59,942 nucleotides of DNA from an archaeon (lineage in GTDB: Archaea > Nanobdellota > Nanobdellia > Woesearchaeales > ARS49). Where the stretch lies: contig JAGVQG010000056.1 of assembly GCA_020051845.1 (NCBI GenBank), positions 1 through 59,942 of the forward strand, written 5' to 3'. The position numbers and the translations under genes were made by a program. A model generated the notes under the pieces. It was not told the DNA's origin, made no database searches, and was given only the letters and a program-made list of their open reading frames with translations. Shown here in pieces: positions 16,862-26,952 of this stretch; position 1 is the stretch's first letter, and each line of letters opens with the position of its first letter.

Positions 16862-18066
16862 AGACCGAACACCTTCCTGCAATGCAGCAGCGCGTCGACA
16901 AGCACGTCTATGTCCTCTTTGGTGTTGTATATCTGGAAACTGGCGCGGACGCTTGATTCGAGTCCGAGGCGAGCGTGCAAAGGCATCGCGCAATGATGGC
17001 CGCTGCGGACAGCCACGCCATGATCATCGAGTATCGACGCCACATCGTGCGGCGGTATGCCCTCCATCACGAAAGACACCAATCCGATGCGGTCATCGCT
17101 TCCCAGGATGCTGATGCCAGGCACCTTCTTGAGTTGACGCAATGCATAGTCGGTCAACGTCCGCACGTGGCCAGCGACCTTGTCCATTCCGTATGTCTGC
17201 AGGTAATCGACAGCGGCTGCAAGGCCGATGGCGCCGGCGACATTGGGCGTTCCTGCCTCGAACTTGTGCGGCACGTCATTCCATGTGCTCTTGCTCAGCG
17301 TGACTTCACGTATCATGTCTCCGCCGACGAGGAATGGAGGCATGTGCTCAAGTAGCTCTTTCCGTCCATAAAGCGCTCCGATCCCCGTGGGACCTAGCAT
17401 CTTGTGGCCTGAGAACACAAGGAAGTCGCAGCCGATGTCTTTGACATCGATGGCTGTATGCGAAACGCTCTGGCAGGCATCGACCAATACGACCGCTCCT
17501 GCGTCGTGCGCTCGCCGGGTCATCTCCTTCACAGGATTCAGCGTGCCTAGCACGTTGGAGATTTGCGTGAAAACGACTATCTTGGGCTTTTTCTTGAGGA
17601 ATGACAGGTATTGCTGCTGGTCCAACACACCTCTGCCGTCTATGTCGACGAATGCCAATAGAGCGCCGCGCTCATTGGCGAGCTGTTGCCAGGGGACGAT
17701 ATTGCTGTGGTGCTCCATGACCGTAAGCACAATCAAGTCGCCGCGCTTGAGGTTGGCCATCCCGAATGTCTTGGAGACCAGATTTATTCCTTCGGTGGCG
17801 TTGCGCGTGAAGATGATCTCTTCAGGAGACGAGTTGATGAACGCCGCCACTTTCTTCCTTGCGTTCTCGTAAGCTTCGGTCGCCTCTGCGCTAAGCGTAT
17901 GCACGCCACGATGGACATTGGCGTTCATGGTCTCGTAATACGCCCTTTCCGCGTCGAGCACCGATTCCGGTTTCTGCGACGTCGCGGCGCTGTCCAAGTA
18001 AACCAGCCTTTTTCCGTGCACCTTCCTTGACAATATCGGGAAATCCTTGCCGACTTCTTTAGCCAT
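16858..18066 (-). CDS. sufS: cysteine desulfurase SufS (class V aminotransferase)
   Basis: YLDSAATSQKP, FSGHKMLGPTGIG (PLP Lys) and RSGHHCA (active-site Cys). Confidence 0.93.
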   Translation of the reverse strand: MAKEVGKDFPILSRKVHGKRLVYLDSAATSQKPESVLDAERAYYETMNANVHRGVHTLSAEATEAYENARKKVAAFINSSPEEIIFTRNATEGINLVSKTFGMANLKRGDLIVLTVMEHHSNIVPWQQLANERGALLAFVDIDGRGVLDQQQYLSFLKKKPKIVVFTQISNVLGTLNPVKEMTRRAHDAGAVVLVDACQSVSHTAIDVKDIGCDFLVFSGHKMLGPTGIGALYGRKELLEHMPPFLVGGDMIREVTLSKSTWNDVPHKFEAGTPNVAGAIGLAAAVDYLQTYGMDKVAGHVRTLTDYALRQLKKVPGISILGSDDRIGLVSFVMEGIPPHDVASILDDHGVAVRSGHHCAMPLHARLGLESSVRASFQIYNTKEDIDVLVDALLHCRKVFGL

Positions 18067-18991
18067 TCGAAACCTCCAGTACCGCATCGATCTTTGGACG
18101 CAAGGCCTCGCGGCCCGCGTTCTCAGGCCATTGTTTGATTATGGACTCTATGAACCCCTTGACGATCAACCCGCGCGCTTCTTCGCGGCCGATGCCGCGC
18201 GATTGCAAATAGAACAATTGGGCCTCATCTATCGGTCTGACACTGGCACTGTGGCTTGCCTTGACGTCATTGGCCTCGACTTCAAGTGAGGGGATCGCTT
18301 TTGCGACGGCATCTTTCGAAAGGAGCATCCAGTGGTCTGACAGGAAGCTCTCGGATTTTTGCGCGCGTGCAAGCAATCTCAACATACCGCTAGCCTGCAC
18401 GCTTCCGCTGTTGAGCACGACGCCATTGCGGCTGACATCGGCCTTTGTATGAGGCGAAGAATGTATGACTGCGTTATCAAGCACGATAGAATTATTGCCT
18501 ACCAGGAATTCCCTGTCCATCAACGACGCGCCAGGACCGAGCAGTGTGCTTTGTCTTGTGTATGTGCCTGTCGCATTGATGTGTCCTGCCAATAAAGTGA
18601 GAGATGCGCCGTCTTCCACCAAGAATTCGTGGCGTAGCATGGTGTCGGATTCGTTGACGAGCGTTATGGTCGCTTTGACATCATGTTTGATGAGCACTAT
18701 GTCCAACTCCAGTTTGGTGCCGGGCAGTGGCGTGAGGTCGACGTCGCCGTCTTTGGAGAGCACGACAAAGCGTATGACCGTGTTTCCGAAGCCTCGTTGT
18801 TCCTGGTCCATTATCACGGTGTCTGCCGTCGCTATGGCTAGCAGTGTATGAGGATGTGCGGAAGGAACGACGAGACGCTCGAAGAGCGGAAGTAGCTCGG
18901 CAGGCACGTCTATCTTCGTGCGCTTGTCGACCTTATCCCAACTTGTCTTGAGGAGTTCACGTGCCCTTTCCTGCAGTTCGGAGAAGCTCAT
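18059..18991 (-). CDS. sufD: Fe-S assembly protein SufD
   Basis: SufB/D beta-helix family with [12 protein letters not shown] near the C-terminus. Position between sufB and sufS. Confidence 0.85.
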   Translation of the reverse strand: MSFSELQERARELLKTSWDKVDKRTKIDVPAELLPLFERLVVPSAHPHTLLAIATADTVIMDQEQRGFGNTVIRFVVLSKDGDVDLTPLPGTKLELDIVLIKHDVKATITLVNESDTMLRHEFLVEDGASLTLLAGHINATGTYTRQSTLLGPGASLMDREFLVGNNSIVLDNAVIHSSPHTKADVSRNGVVLNSGSVQASGMLRLLARAQKSESFLSDHWMLLSKDAVAKAIPSLEVEANDVKASHSASVRPIDEAQLFYLQSRGIGREEARGLIVKGFIESIIKQWPENAGREALRPKIDAVLEVSNG

Positions 18992-20388
18992 CCTACGCTC
19001 CCCTCCATCTCGAGCTCTATGAGTTTGTTGAGCTCGATGCTGTACTCGAGCGGCAATGCCTTAGTGAATTCCGAGATGAAACCAAGGACAATGAGCGCCA
19101 TGGCCTCTTCCTCTTTCAGGCCGCGCTGCATCAAATAGAACAATTGTTCCTCACCGATCTTGCCGACCGTCGCCTCGTGGCAGACCGTGGCGTCCTCTTC
19201 CTCGACCTGCATCGTCGGATAAGTATCAGAACGGGATTTATCGTCGAGCAAGAGCGCGTCGCAACGAACGCTTGCCTTGACTGAATTGGCGCCCTCGCAC
19301 ACCTTGACAAGGCCGCGATAGCTCGTCCTTCCGCCGTCCTTCGCTATACTCTTGGATATGATCCTGCTCGTGGTTCCTGGAGCCAGATGTATGATCTTGG
19401 CTCCTGCGTCCTGGTGCTGGCCGCGGCCTGCGAAGGCTATGCTAAGCACATCCGCCCTTGAATTCGCGCCTTTCAGGACCACGGAAGGGTATTTCATCGT
19501 TGTCCTGCTACCCAGGTTCCCATCCACCCATTCGACGATGGCGTTCTCGTGCGCGATCGCGCGCTTCGTGACCAGATTATAGACGTCACCCGACCAATTC
19601 TGTATCGTGGTGTAGCGCACCTTGGCGCCTTCGAGCGCGAACACCTCGACGACAGCCGCGTGCAATGAATCTGTCGAATAAACAGGAGCCGTGCATCCCT
19701 CGATGTAGTGCACCTCTGCGCCTTTGTCGACGATTATGAGCGTGCGTTCGAACTGGCCCATGTTCTTGGCGTTTATGCGGAAGTAGGCCTGCAGAGGCAC
19801 CTCGACCTTGACTCCAGGCGGCACGTAGATGAAGCTTCCGCCGCTCCAGACAGCGCTGTTGAGCGCCGCGAACTTGTTGTCGCTTGTGGGCACGAGCGTT
19901 GAGAGGTATTTCTTGACGAGTTCAGGATGATCCTTGAGTGCGCTGTCCATGTCGGTGAAGATGACCCCTTTCTCCGACAGGTCGTCGCGTAGTTTGTGGT
20001 AGACCGATTCCGATTCGAATTGCGCGCCGACTCCACCGAGGAACTTCCTCTCCGCCTCAGGCACGCCTAGACGGTCGAAGGTCTTCTTGATGTGTTCTGG
20101 CACGTCTTCCCAGCGTTTCGCGCTCTCCTCAGACGGCTTGAGGTAGTAGGTTATCTTGTCGAAATCGATCTGGGACAGGTCCGCTCCCCACGAAGGCATT
20201 TGCTTCACGAGGAATATCTTGAACGCGTTGAGCCTGAAATCGAGCATCCATCGCGGCTCGCCTTTCTTGGCGCTTAGCTCACGTATGACTTCCTCATTGA
20301 GGCCTTTTGGTGATCGGAATACCGCCTTCTCGCTCACGTGGAAGCCGTACTTCTCGCCATAATCATCGTTGATGGAGCCGATTCCCAT
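18988..20388 (-). CDS. sufB: Fe-S assembly protein SufB
   Basis: A 466-aa protein with typical SufB motifs ([20 protein letters not shown]). Confidence 0.95.
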   Translation of the reverse strand: MGIGSINDDYGEKYGFHVSEKAVFRSPKGLNEEVIRELSAKKGEPRWMLDFRLNAFKIFLVKQMPSWGADLSQIDFDKITYYLKPSEESAKRWEDVPEHIKKTFDRLGVPEAERKFLGGVGAQFESESVYHKLRDDLSEKGVIFTDMDSALKDHPELVKKYLSTLVPTSDNKFAALNSAVWSGGSFIYVPPGVKVEVPLQAYFRINAKNMGQFERTLIIVDKGAEVHYIEGCTAPVYSTDSLHAAVVEVFALEGAKVRYTTIQNWSGDVYNLVTKRAIAHENAIVEWVDGNLGSRTTMKYPSVVLKGANSRADVLSIAFAGRGQHQDAGAKIIHLAPGTTSRIISKSIAKDGGRTSYRGLVKVCEGANSVKASVRCDALLLDDKSRSDTYPTMQVEEEDATVCHEATVGKIGEEQLFYLMQRGLKEEEAMALIVLGFISEFTKALPLEYSIELNKLIELEMEGSVG

Positions 20389-20392
20389 GCAA

Positions 20393-21268
20393 TCAGACCA
20401 CCTTCAGTTTGACTTCACCATATCCTTCTTTCTCGATCTTGTCGATGAGTGCCGGACCATCTGTCTGCGTTATGGCGCCGTTCATCATTATGTGGACGCT
20501 GTCAGGCTCCATCTTGCTCGCGTGCTTTGGAAGGTGGGTTATCAGTATGACGCCAAGGCACGGTCCACGTATCTTGTTGAAAGCGTCGCGCACGACGCGC
20601 AGCGCGTCTATGTCAAGGCCGGAGTCTGTCTCGTCGAATATCGCGAACGCGGGCTTTGTGAGCAGGAGCTGCAGCATCTCGACTTTCTTCTTCTCGCCGC
20701 CGGAGAATCCGACATTGAGCTGCCTGTCGATGAAGGCGCGGTCGAGCTTGAGCGCCTTCAGGCTTGCGTTGAGGTCGCGGTTGAAGTCGGCCGCCTTGGC
20801 ATCCTTGCCATACCTTGCCTTGTAAAGATGGAAAAGGAACGTCCCCAGGTTGATGTCTATCTCCTGAGGGTTTTGGAAGGCGAGGAAGATCCCGAGCCTT
20901 GCGCGCTCGTCTGGCTCCAGCCCTAGAACGTTCTTCGAATTCAATGTCACCGTGCCTTTTGATATCTCATAGGCCGGATGGCCTGCTATCGCCATCGCGA
21001 GCGTGCTCTTGCCTGCTCCGTTCGGTCCCATCAAAACGTGCACCTCACCTTGCCTGACAGTGAGGTCGACTCCTTTGAGCACTTCCTTGCCATGGACGCT
21101 GACGTGCAGGTTCTTCACTGCCAGCACCGCGCGTCGAGGGCACTTCTTCCGCGAGTCCTCGTCCTTGCAGCCGCAGCCGCAACCGAGGTCCTTGATCGTC
21201 CTGGGAGGCACTCCCTCGTCGTATTGATCGAGTATCTTCATTGCTTCTTCGAATCCCATTTCATTCAC
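20393..21268 (-). CDS. sufC: Fe-S assembly ATPase SufC with an about 50-aa Cys-rich N-terminal extension
   Basis: Walker [13 protein letters not shown] signature FSGGEKK and Walker [13 protein letters not shown]. The N-terminus contains [18 protein letters not shown]. The ATG overlaps the upstream regulator by 8 nt. Internal GTG starts at 21127 and 21118 cannot be excluded. Confidence 0.9.
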   Translation of the reverse strand: MNEMGFEEAMKILDQYDEGVPPRTIKDLGCGCGCKDEDSRKKCPRRAVLAVKNLHVSVHGKEVLKGVDLTVRQGEVHVLMGPNGAGKSTLAMAIAGHPAYEISKGTVTLNSKNVLGLEPDERARLGIFLAFQNPQEIDINLGTFLFHLYKARYGKDAKAADFNRDLNASLKALKLDRAFIDRQLNVGFSGGEKKKVEMLQLLLTKPAFAIFDETDSGLDIDALRVVRDAFNKIRGPCLGVILITHLPKHASKMEPDSVHIMMNGAITQTDGPALIDKIEKEGYGEVKLKVV

Positions 21269-21629
21269 CTTGGTAGCATAATTTGCAGGCTGGCGCGACG
21301 TTTTTGTCCATCTTCAGGTGCATTTTGCACAGAAGCTTGGCCTTGTTCGCGTCCTTGACAAGATGCTGGAGCTGTGCGTAAGCCGATGCCTGGTCTTTGA
21401 CTGTCTTGGCGCGTTCGCGCACCTTTTTCACGAACGTCGGAGGCAGTTCCATGTCTGTGCCGCGCTTGCCGCTGATGTAATGGCTGACAGCCGCTCCTGT
21501 GACCCCGAGCAGTTCCGCTATCGTCTTCTGGTCCTTGCCGAGTTCCTTTAGCGCACGCGCGAGTTCGCGGCGCAGCGCTGGAAGCAGGTAGAATGCCTCT
21601 ATCTCCTGCGGTTGCAATACCTTGAGCAT
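21261..21629 (-). CDS. HTH transcriptional regulator with C-terminal Cys cluster (first gene of suf operon)
   Basis: HTH QKTIAELLGVTGAAVSHYISGKRG. The C-terminus LLCKMH...[10 protein letters not shown] has three Cys and one His. Confidence 0.65.
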   Translation of the reverse strand: MLKVLQPQEIEAFYLLPALRRELARALKELGKDQKTIAELLGVTGAAVSHYISGKRGTDMELPPTFVKKVRERAKTVKDQASAYAQLQHLVKDANKAKLLCKMHLKMDKNVAPACKLCYQGE

Positions 21630-21648
21630 TTGTTCTCCCTGAAACCCT

Positions 21649-21672
21649 AGTTATTAACAATAGTTAATAACT
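21649..21672. promoter_or_regulatory. perfect 10-bp inverted repeat (candidate operator) between TATA box and suf operon start
   Basis: AGTTATTAAC-AATA-GTTAATAACT. It is immediately flanked by the TATA-like GATATATAAATC (21673-21684) and lies 20 nt from ATG 21629. Confidence 0.6.
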
Positions 21673-21684
21673 GATATATAAATC
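21673..21684 (-). promoter_or_regulatory. TATA box of suf operon
   Basis: The minus-strand reading is GATTTATATATC, about 45-55 nt upstream of ATG 21629. Confidence 0.45.
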
Positions 21685-21719
21685 TTATGAGCATTCATCG
21701 ACGGAACAACTCCCAATGA

Positions 21720-22049
21720 CTATCTCTTCCTAGAACCCTTGGATCCTTTCCGCGCCTCGAGATATCTCATCGTCTCGACGACCAAGAAGACGACCATGAC
21801 GACGAATGTTATCGGCCAGAGCGGCGGCAATGGAGGTAGCATCAATTCAAGGATGAAACCCGCGACAAGACCTATGATATAAGGTCTGTAGCGCATCTTC
21901 ATCAGGTCGAAATATGCCCTGTACAGCAGAACATAGAGTATGAGGCCATTGATCAGCGCAGTAACGATGTCGTGGAAGAACAATGTCCCAAGGAGCGCGA
22001 AGAAGACGACGCTCACGAGCAGCATTATCACGGACGCCAGCAATACCAT
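21720..22049 (-). CDS. small integral membrane protein
   Basis: 109 aa with three to four hydrophobic segments and a basic C-terminal tail. Confidence 0.55.
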   Translation of the reverse strand: MVLLASVIMLLVSVVFFALLGTLFFHDIVTALINGLILYVLLYRAYFDLMKMRYRPYIIGLVAGFILELMLPPLPPLWPITFVVMVVFLVVETMRYLEARKGSKGSRKR

Positions 22050-22094
22050 GGTCTTTCTATGCCTCTTCGATCATTAAAATCTTCATGCGGATAT

Positions 22095-22967
22095 TCATTT
22101 GCATTCGAGCGCTGTGCGCAATGTCTGCAGGTTCTTGCGCATTATCGAATAATAATCGCCCGATTCCTTGACGTCGACATGGCTGATCACGAGCGTCTTC
22201 GCCCCGACTTCACGGGCGATGGCGTCGCTCACCTTGGGATCGACGAGCTCCTCATAGAGCACGTATTTCAATTTGTGTTCACGGACGTTGTCGATGAGGT
22301 TTCGCAATGCTCCTGGCGAAGGCTCTGTCTCGGGCGCTAGACCGCTTATGCCTATCTCCGAAAACCCGTAGTCCTTTCCAGTGTAACCGAACGCGAGGTG
22401 GCTCACGATTATTGTGTCTTTGCCGCACCCGGACAGTCCTGATTCATATTCATCATCAAGGGCTTTGAGCTTGGCAAGTGTGGTCTTGAGGTTATCGTCG
22501 TATCTTTGACCATTCGCTGGGTCGTTCTTCTTCAGTCCAGCAGCTATATTATTTGCCACGATCATCATCTGCTCAGGCGAAAGCCAGACATGCGGATCTA
22601 TCGCAGAGTCGACTTTCACAAGTTCAATCCCATCACTCACCATTATGGTGGGGATATCCTTGCCAGTGGCCGCGATGACCCTGTCCTCGAGCGGCGCCCA
22701 TTCCAACCCGATGCGGACGAATAGATCGGCTGACATGAACTGTCTCATGTCAGAAGGCCCTGGTTCATACTCATGGGACTCGACTCCTGGCGGGATGAGT
22801 GAATCCACTATGACCTCGGGTCCTGCGATGTCTTTCGTCACATCGAGAAGCGGGAAGAAAGTGACGAGGACTTGCATCTTGCCATTGTTAGTGGCAGCCG
22901 GAGTGCATGCGACCAATGCCAGCAGCAACGATACCAATGCCATTGTCGCGATTTTAGTCATACGCAT
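22095..22967 (-). CDS. metal (Zn/Mn) ABC-transporter substrate-binding lipoprotein, ZnuA/TroA family
   Basis: Lipobox-like LLALVAC; DPHVWLSP motif. No adjacent permease or ATPase genes. Confidence 0.8.
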   Translation of the reverse strand: MRMTKIATMALVSLLLALVACTPAATNNGKMQVLVTFFPLLDVTKDIAGPEVIVDSLIPPGVESHEYEPGPSDMRQFMSADLFVRIGLEWAPLEDRVIAATGKDIPTIMVSDGIELVKVDSAIDPHVWLSPEQMMIVANNIAAGLKKNDPANGQRYDDNLKTTLAKLKALDDEYESGLSGCGKDTIIVSHLAFGYTGKDYGFSEIGISGLAPETEPSPGALRNLIDNVREHKLKYVLYEELVDPKVSDAIAREVGAKTLVISHVDVKESGDYYSIMRKNLQTLRTALECK

Positions 22968-23073
22968 GGTCCCTCTTTTTTATTACCTGTGTGGTTAGGG
23001 TATTTAACGCTTATGACTGGTGTGGACAATAGGATGATAACCTATTAATAGAGCACCGGGTGGGTCGCTCAAC

Positions 23074-23544
23074 ATGAGTGAAGACAATGACCCCCGCGTG
23101 GTCGCTGAGCTGGACGCGAATTCTCCTTACCACATTATGACCTTCAAGATAGTGGATGCGTTCAACAGAAGGTCGGATGGATACCGCACTTGGATGGATG
23201 GCACCATCTTGCCTTCCTGGTACGATCGTATCCATCAATCGCACCAGATTGCCAGATACCGGCCTTCCGAATTCGTCAAGGACTGCCACCAGAACGGCTG
23301 GGATAAAGCCCACAAGTTTGAATTACAAACACTAGATATGAGCGTCGACCTGCTGCTTTTCAAGAACGACGGCAGCACACAATACGAGAAGGGCCTGTGG
23401 ATGATAACCCACGCAGGACAGAATGATAAGAAAGCGGCGGATTCTGTGTCAACGCTATTGATGACGACGCTCGCCATCAAGCAGCGCGGCCGGCAGGTCT
23501 CCGAATTCAGCTATCACGATGAGCCGCTCCACATAAACGTTTAA
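23074..23544 (+). CDS. hypothetical protein
   Basis: 156-aa ORF. It is preferred over the antisense 100-aa ORF on composition. No motif recognised. Confidence 0.5.
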   Translation: MSEDNDPRVVAELDANSPYHIMTFKIVDAFNRRSDGYRTWMDGTILPSWYDRIHQSHQIARYRPSEFVKDCHQNGWDKAHKFELQTLDMSVDLLLFKNDGSTQYEKGLWMITHAGQNDKKAADSVSTLLMTTLAIKQRGRQVSEFSYHDEPLHINV

Positions 23545-23569
23545 ATAGACCGCTTTCTGCGTCTTATCC

Positions 23570-25249
23570 ATGGATTTCAGGGAAAAGATCGGTGAACTGC
23601 TCAAGAAGCAAGGCATCCAGGGCGATATTGTCCTGGAAGTGCCGCCGCAGCCAGAGCTGGGTGACTTCGCATTCCCGTGTTTCCCGCTCGCCAAACAGTT
23701 CAAGAAAGCGCCGAACGCCATCGCCGCAGATCTCGTGCTGAAGATCGGCAAGGTCGATTTCCTTGAGAAGGTCGTCGCGACAGGACCCTATGTCAACTTC
23801 TTCGTCGACAAACCGAAGAGGACAGAAGCCGTACTCAGGGACATCACAAAGCGCAAGGACACCTTCGGTTCGCATCCGATAGGAAAAGGAAAGACCATAG
23901 TCATCGATTATTCACAGCCCAATGTGGGCAAGCCTCTCGGCATCCACCATCTGGGCAGCACCGTGATAGGCCATTCCTTGGCCAACATCCACAAATTCCT
24001 CGGATACAACGTCGTCGGCGTCAATTACATCGGCGACTGGGGCACTCAGTTCGGCGTCCTGCTCTCAGCATATGCCAAATGGGGTGATGAGAAGAAGCTG
24101 CAAGCTGATCCTGTGAACTATCTGCTGTCGCTCTACGTCAAGTATTCTGCCGAGGAGGAGAAGGATCCTGCCCTGCATGAGGAGGCCAAGGCCTGGTTCA
24201 AGAGACTTGAGGACGGCGATCCTCACGCCACAAAGCTATGGACGATGTTCCGCGACTACAATCTCTCAACGTTCAAACGAGTATACAAACGGCTTGAGAT
24301 AGAATTCGATTCTTTCAACGGCGAGGCGTTCGTGCGCGACAAGATGGGCCCGATAATCGACGATGTCAAGAAGAAGGGCATCTCCGAAGAGGATCAGGGA
24401 ATGCTCATCGTGCGCATGGAAGGCGATCTGCCTCCGTGCATCCTACGCAAGAGCGACGAGGCTTCGACCTACGCGTTGCGTGACCTGGCCGCGATCAAAT
24501 ACCGGTTCGACACTTACAAGCCAGACAAAGTATTGTATGTCGTGGCGCAACAGCAGACGCTGCACTTCATCCAGGTTTTCGCCGTCGCCAAGAAGCTCGG
24601 CTTCGACAATGACAAGTTAGAGCACATCAGCTTCGGCATGATGCGTCTGCCTGATGGCAAGATGAGCACGCGCAAGGGCAAGATCATCTTCATGGAGGAT
24701 GTGCTTGACCGCGCTGTCGAGGATGTGGCCAAGATAATCCAGGATAAGAACCCCGAGCTCAAGGACAAGGCGCGGGTGGCTGAGCAGGTGGGCATCGGCG
24801 CTGTCTTCTTCGCGTACTTGATGAACGACCGCATCAAGGATTTCGAGTTCAGCTGGGACAGGATGCTTGATTTCGAGGGCGACACAGGACCTTACGTTCA
24901 ATACACCCACGCGCGTGCATGCTCAGTGCTACGCAAGGCAAAGGAGGAGGTTTCTGTCGACGCGAACCTATCGGTGCTGAATGCAAAGTCCGAGTACGAG
25001 CTTGTCACGATGCTGGAGAGATTCCCTGATATTGTCGCGAGCGTGTTGCATGACTACAAGCCACATATACTTTCTCAATACTTGTTGCGCCTGAGTCACC
25101 AGTTCAACGAGTTCTACCATGACTGCCCGATAATCACCGCAGAGAACGATGAATTGCGAAAGGCGAGATTGCTTCTGTGCGACTGCGCAAGACAGGCGTT
25201 GCAGAACGGATTAGGGCTTCTTGGGATCGCTTCTCCGCAAGAGATGTGA
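23570..25249 (+). CDS. argS: arginyl-tRNA synthetase
   Basis: Class I HIGH-like PLGIHHLGS, KMSTRKG (KMSKS variant) and a DALR-type C-terminus ending in M. Confidence 0.95.
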   Translation: MDFREKIGELLKKQGIQGDIVLEVPPQPELGDFAFPCFPLAKQFKKAPNAIAADLVLKIGKVDFLEKVVATGPYVNFFVDKPKRTEAVLRDITKRKDTFGSHPIGKGKTIVIDYSQPNVGKPLGIHHLGSTVIGHSLANIHKFLGYNVVGVNYIGDWGTQFGVLLSAYAKWGDEKKLQADPVNYLLSLYVKYSAEEEKDPALHEEAKAWFKRLEDGDPHATKLWTMFRDYNLSTFKRVYKRLEIEFDSFNGEAFVRDKMGPIIDDVKKKGISEEDQGMLIVRMEGDLPPCILRKSDEASTYALRDLAAIKYRFDTYKPDKVLYVVAQQQTLHFIQVFAVAKKLGFDNDKLEHISFGMMRLPDGKMSTRKGKIIFMEDVLDRAVEDVAKIIQDKNPELKDKARVAEQVGIGAVFFAYLMNDRIKDFEFSWDRMLDFEGDTGPYVQYTHARACSVLRKAKEEVSVDANLSVLNAKSEYELVTMLERFPDIVASVLHDYKPHILSQYLLRLSHQFNEFYHDCPIITAENDELRKARLLLCDCARQALQNGLGLLGIASPQEM

Positions 25250-25369
25250 ACAGTAGAAAGACAAAGAATTGGGCACCAGGATTGCTGGATAGGACGATGA
25301 CAAGTGGTTTCTGACCGCAAACTTCTTAAACAAAAGCCCCCTGTGTTAGAAGATTACCTAGGGAATACT

Positions 25370-25561
25370 ATGGGACGCATAAAAACAAAACTCACTAAAC
25401 GACTCACCTACCAGTTACTGGCACAGCACAAAGAGAATCTTTTCGGCACTTTCCAGGAGAACAAGCAAGTCCTTACGACCGAGTTGACTGGTGCGTCGAA
25501 GAAGGTACGCAATGTTGTCGCCGGTTTCGTAACGCGCAAAATGCGCCGAAACGAACAATAA
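25370..25561 (+). CDS. rps17e: ribosomal protein eS17
   Basis: MGRIKTKLTKRLTYQLL... 63 aa, typical of archaeal S17e. Confidence 0.85.
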   Translation: MGRIKTKLTKRLTYQLLAQHKENLFGTFQENKQVLTTELTGASKKVRNVVAGFVTRKMRRNEQ

Positions 25562-25575
25562 TTACTGGTTATTTA

Positions 25576-25890
25576 TTGGAGTGTGTTGTGACCGCGTACA
25601 GCATCGTCTTCGTGGGCGCTAAGCCCTTCATGAATTACGTGACTGGTGTCGTCATGCAGTTCGACCAGCACAGCGCTTCCGAGGTCACTGTCAAGGCGCG
25701 CGGAAAATTCATCTCACGCGCAGTCGATGTCGCTGAGGTCGCGACGAAACGTTTTCTGCAGAACAAGGTGAAGGTCGACGACATCCAGATCGCCTCCGAG
25801 GGTTTCACCAATCCCGAAGGCAAACAGGTGCGAGTGAGCACGATAACGATCAAGTTGAAGAAGATCGAAGGCCAGCAGACGCTGCAATAA
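25576..25890 (+). CDS. albA: DNA/RNA-binding protein Alba
   Basis: VFVGAKPFMNYVTGVVMQF...VKARGKFISRAVDVAEV. Confidence 0.88.
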   Translation: MECVVTAYSIVFVGAKPFMNYVTGVVMQFDQHSASEVTVKARGKFISRAVDVAEVATKRFLQNKVKVDDIQIASEGFTNPEGKQVRVSTITIKLKKIEGQQTLQ

Positions 25891-25891
25891 T

Positions 25892-26206
25892 ATGACTTAC
25901 TTCCGAACAGGGAAAAAGCTCGATCCCGCGCTTCAGGAAAGGACTTCTGAGTTGCATGACACGATAATGCGGTTGATGGAACATGAACTCGACGGTCGCA
26001 CGACCGTAGATAACATCGTCAACGCCATTAACCGCGGTGTCGCGAAGGATCAAGTCCTCGAGTTACAATCCCTATATGCAGGCAAGAACTACATTCTTGG
26101 TATTGGTGAGCTGTTCCCGAACGAGATAGCCGACGCGATAAGGGATTACGAGCCGCGGAAAGCTGAACGACAGGTTTTAGAACCACAACCACCATCGAAC
26201 GCTTGA
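25892..26206 (+). CDS. hypothetical protein in the eS17-alba-sfsA operon
   Basis: 104-aa ORF that starts 1 nt after the alba stop and ends overlapping the sfsA start. Confidence 0.5.
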   Translation: MTYFRTGKKLDPALQERTSELHDTIMRLMEHELDGRTTVDNIVNAINRGVAKDQVLELQSLYAGKNYILGIGELFPNEIADAIRDYEPRKAERQVLEPQPPSNA

Positions 26207-26940
26207 TGAGACTCGTTTTTCTCCGGCCGCTCGTCGAAGGCGTCATCCGGTCACGACCGAATAGGTTCATCATGAACGTCGACATCGGCGGTGTGTCGGC
26301 GCGCTGCCATTGCCCGTCGACAGGCCGCATCAGCAGCATCGAGTTCAAGCACATCCCCTGCCTTCTATCGAAGAGCGATGATCCTGCAAGGAAGACGCCC
26401 TACACTGTCGAGGCGTTCTCGCTCGACCCCCTGGGCAGAAAGGACAAGGAATGGATCGGCATCAACCAGAACAAGGCCAACGACTACGTCGATTTTTTCC
26501 TGCGCGCAGGAAAACTGTCAAGGATGACTGGAAAGACACGGGTGATACAACGCGAGGTCCGTCTCGGCACGTCACGCATCGACTTTCTCATCAATGGCAA
26601 GGACTTCATCGAGGTCAAGACACCGCTGTCAATGATTCCCTGCGACGGCCATCCCCGCTGCAGGCAATCCGTCCCGACGATGACTGGTTTCGACCGCACC
26701 ATCAAGCATTTCGGCGACATATCAAAGAGCATAAGCCATGGCTCACGCGCCATCATACTTCTCTGCTTCATGTACAAAGCCAAACCCTTCGAGGTGCCAA
26801 ATCCCGGGCGCCATGAGCTGTCCATCGTGCGCGCAGCGCGCCACGCAAGAAGTCGAGGCATGGAGAACTGGCAGATCAACCTCAGGATCGACAAGAAGGG
26901 CGTCGAGCTGCTGGACTGCTTCAGGTTGAGGCTGTTCTGA
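26206..26940 (+). CDS. sfsA: SfsA-family protein (PD-(D/E)xK nuclease fold)
   Basis: RPNRFIMNV, CHCPSTGRI and SRIDFLI...IEVK parallel E. coli SfsA motifs. Confidence 0.8.
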   Translation: MRLVFLRPLVEGVIRSRPNRFIMNVDIGGVSARCHCPSTGRISSIEFKHIPCLLSKSDDPARKTPYTVEAFSLDPLGRKDKEWIGINQNKANDYVDFFLRAGKLSRMTGKTRVIQREVRLGTSRIDFLINGKDFIEVKTPLSMIPCDGHPRCRQSVPTMTGFDRTIKHFGDISKSISHGSRAIILLCFMYKAKPFEVPNPGRHELSIVRAARHARSRGMENWQINLRIDKKGVELLDCFRLRLF

Positions 26941-26952
26941 TACTGGATCCAT

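Noticed and set aside
16497-17114. 205-aa plus-strand ORF
   Set aside because: It is antisense to sufU and sufS inside a tightly coupled operon.
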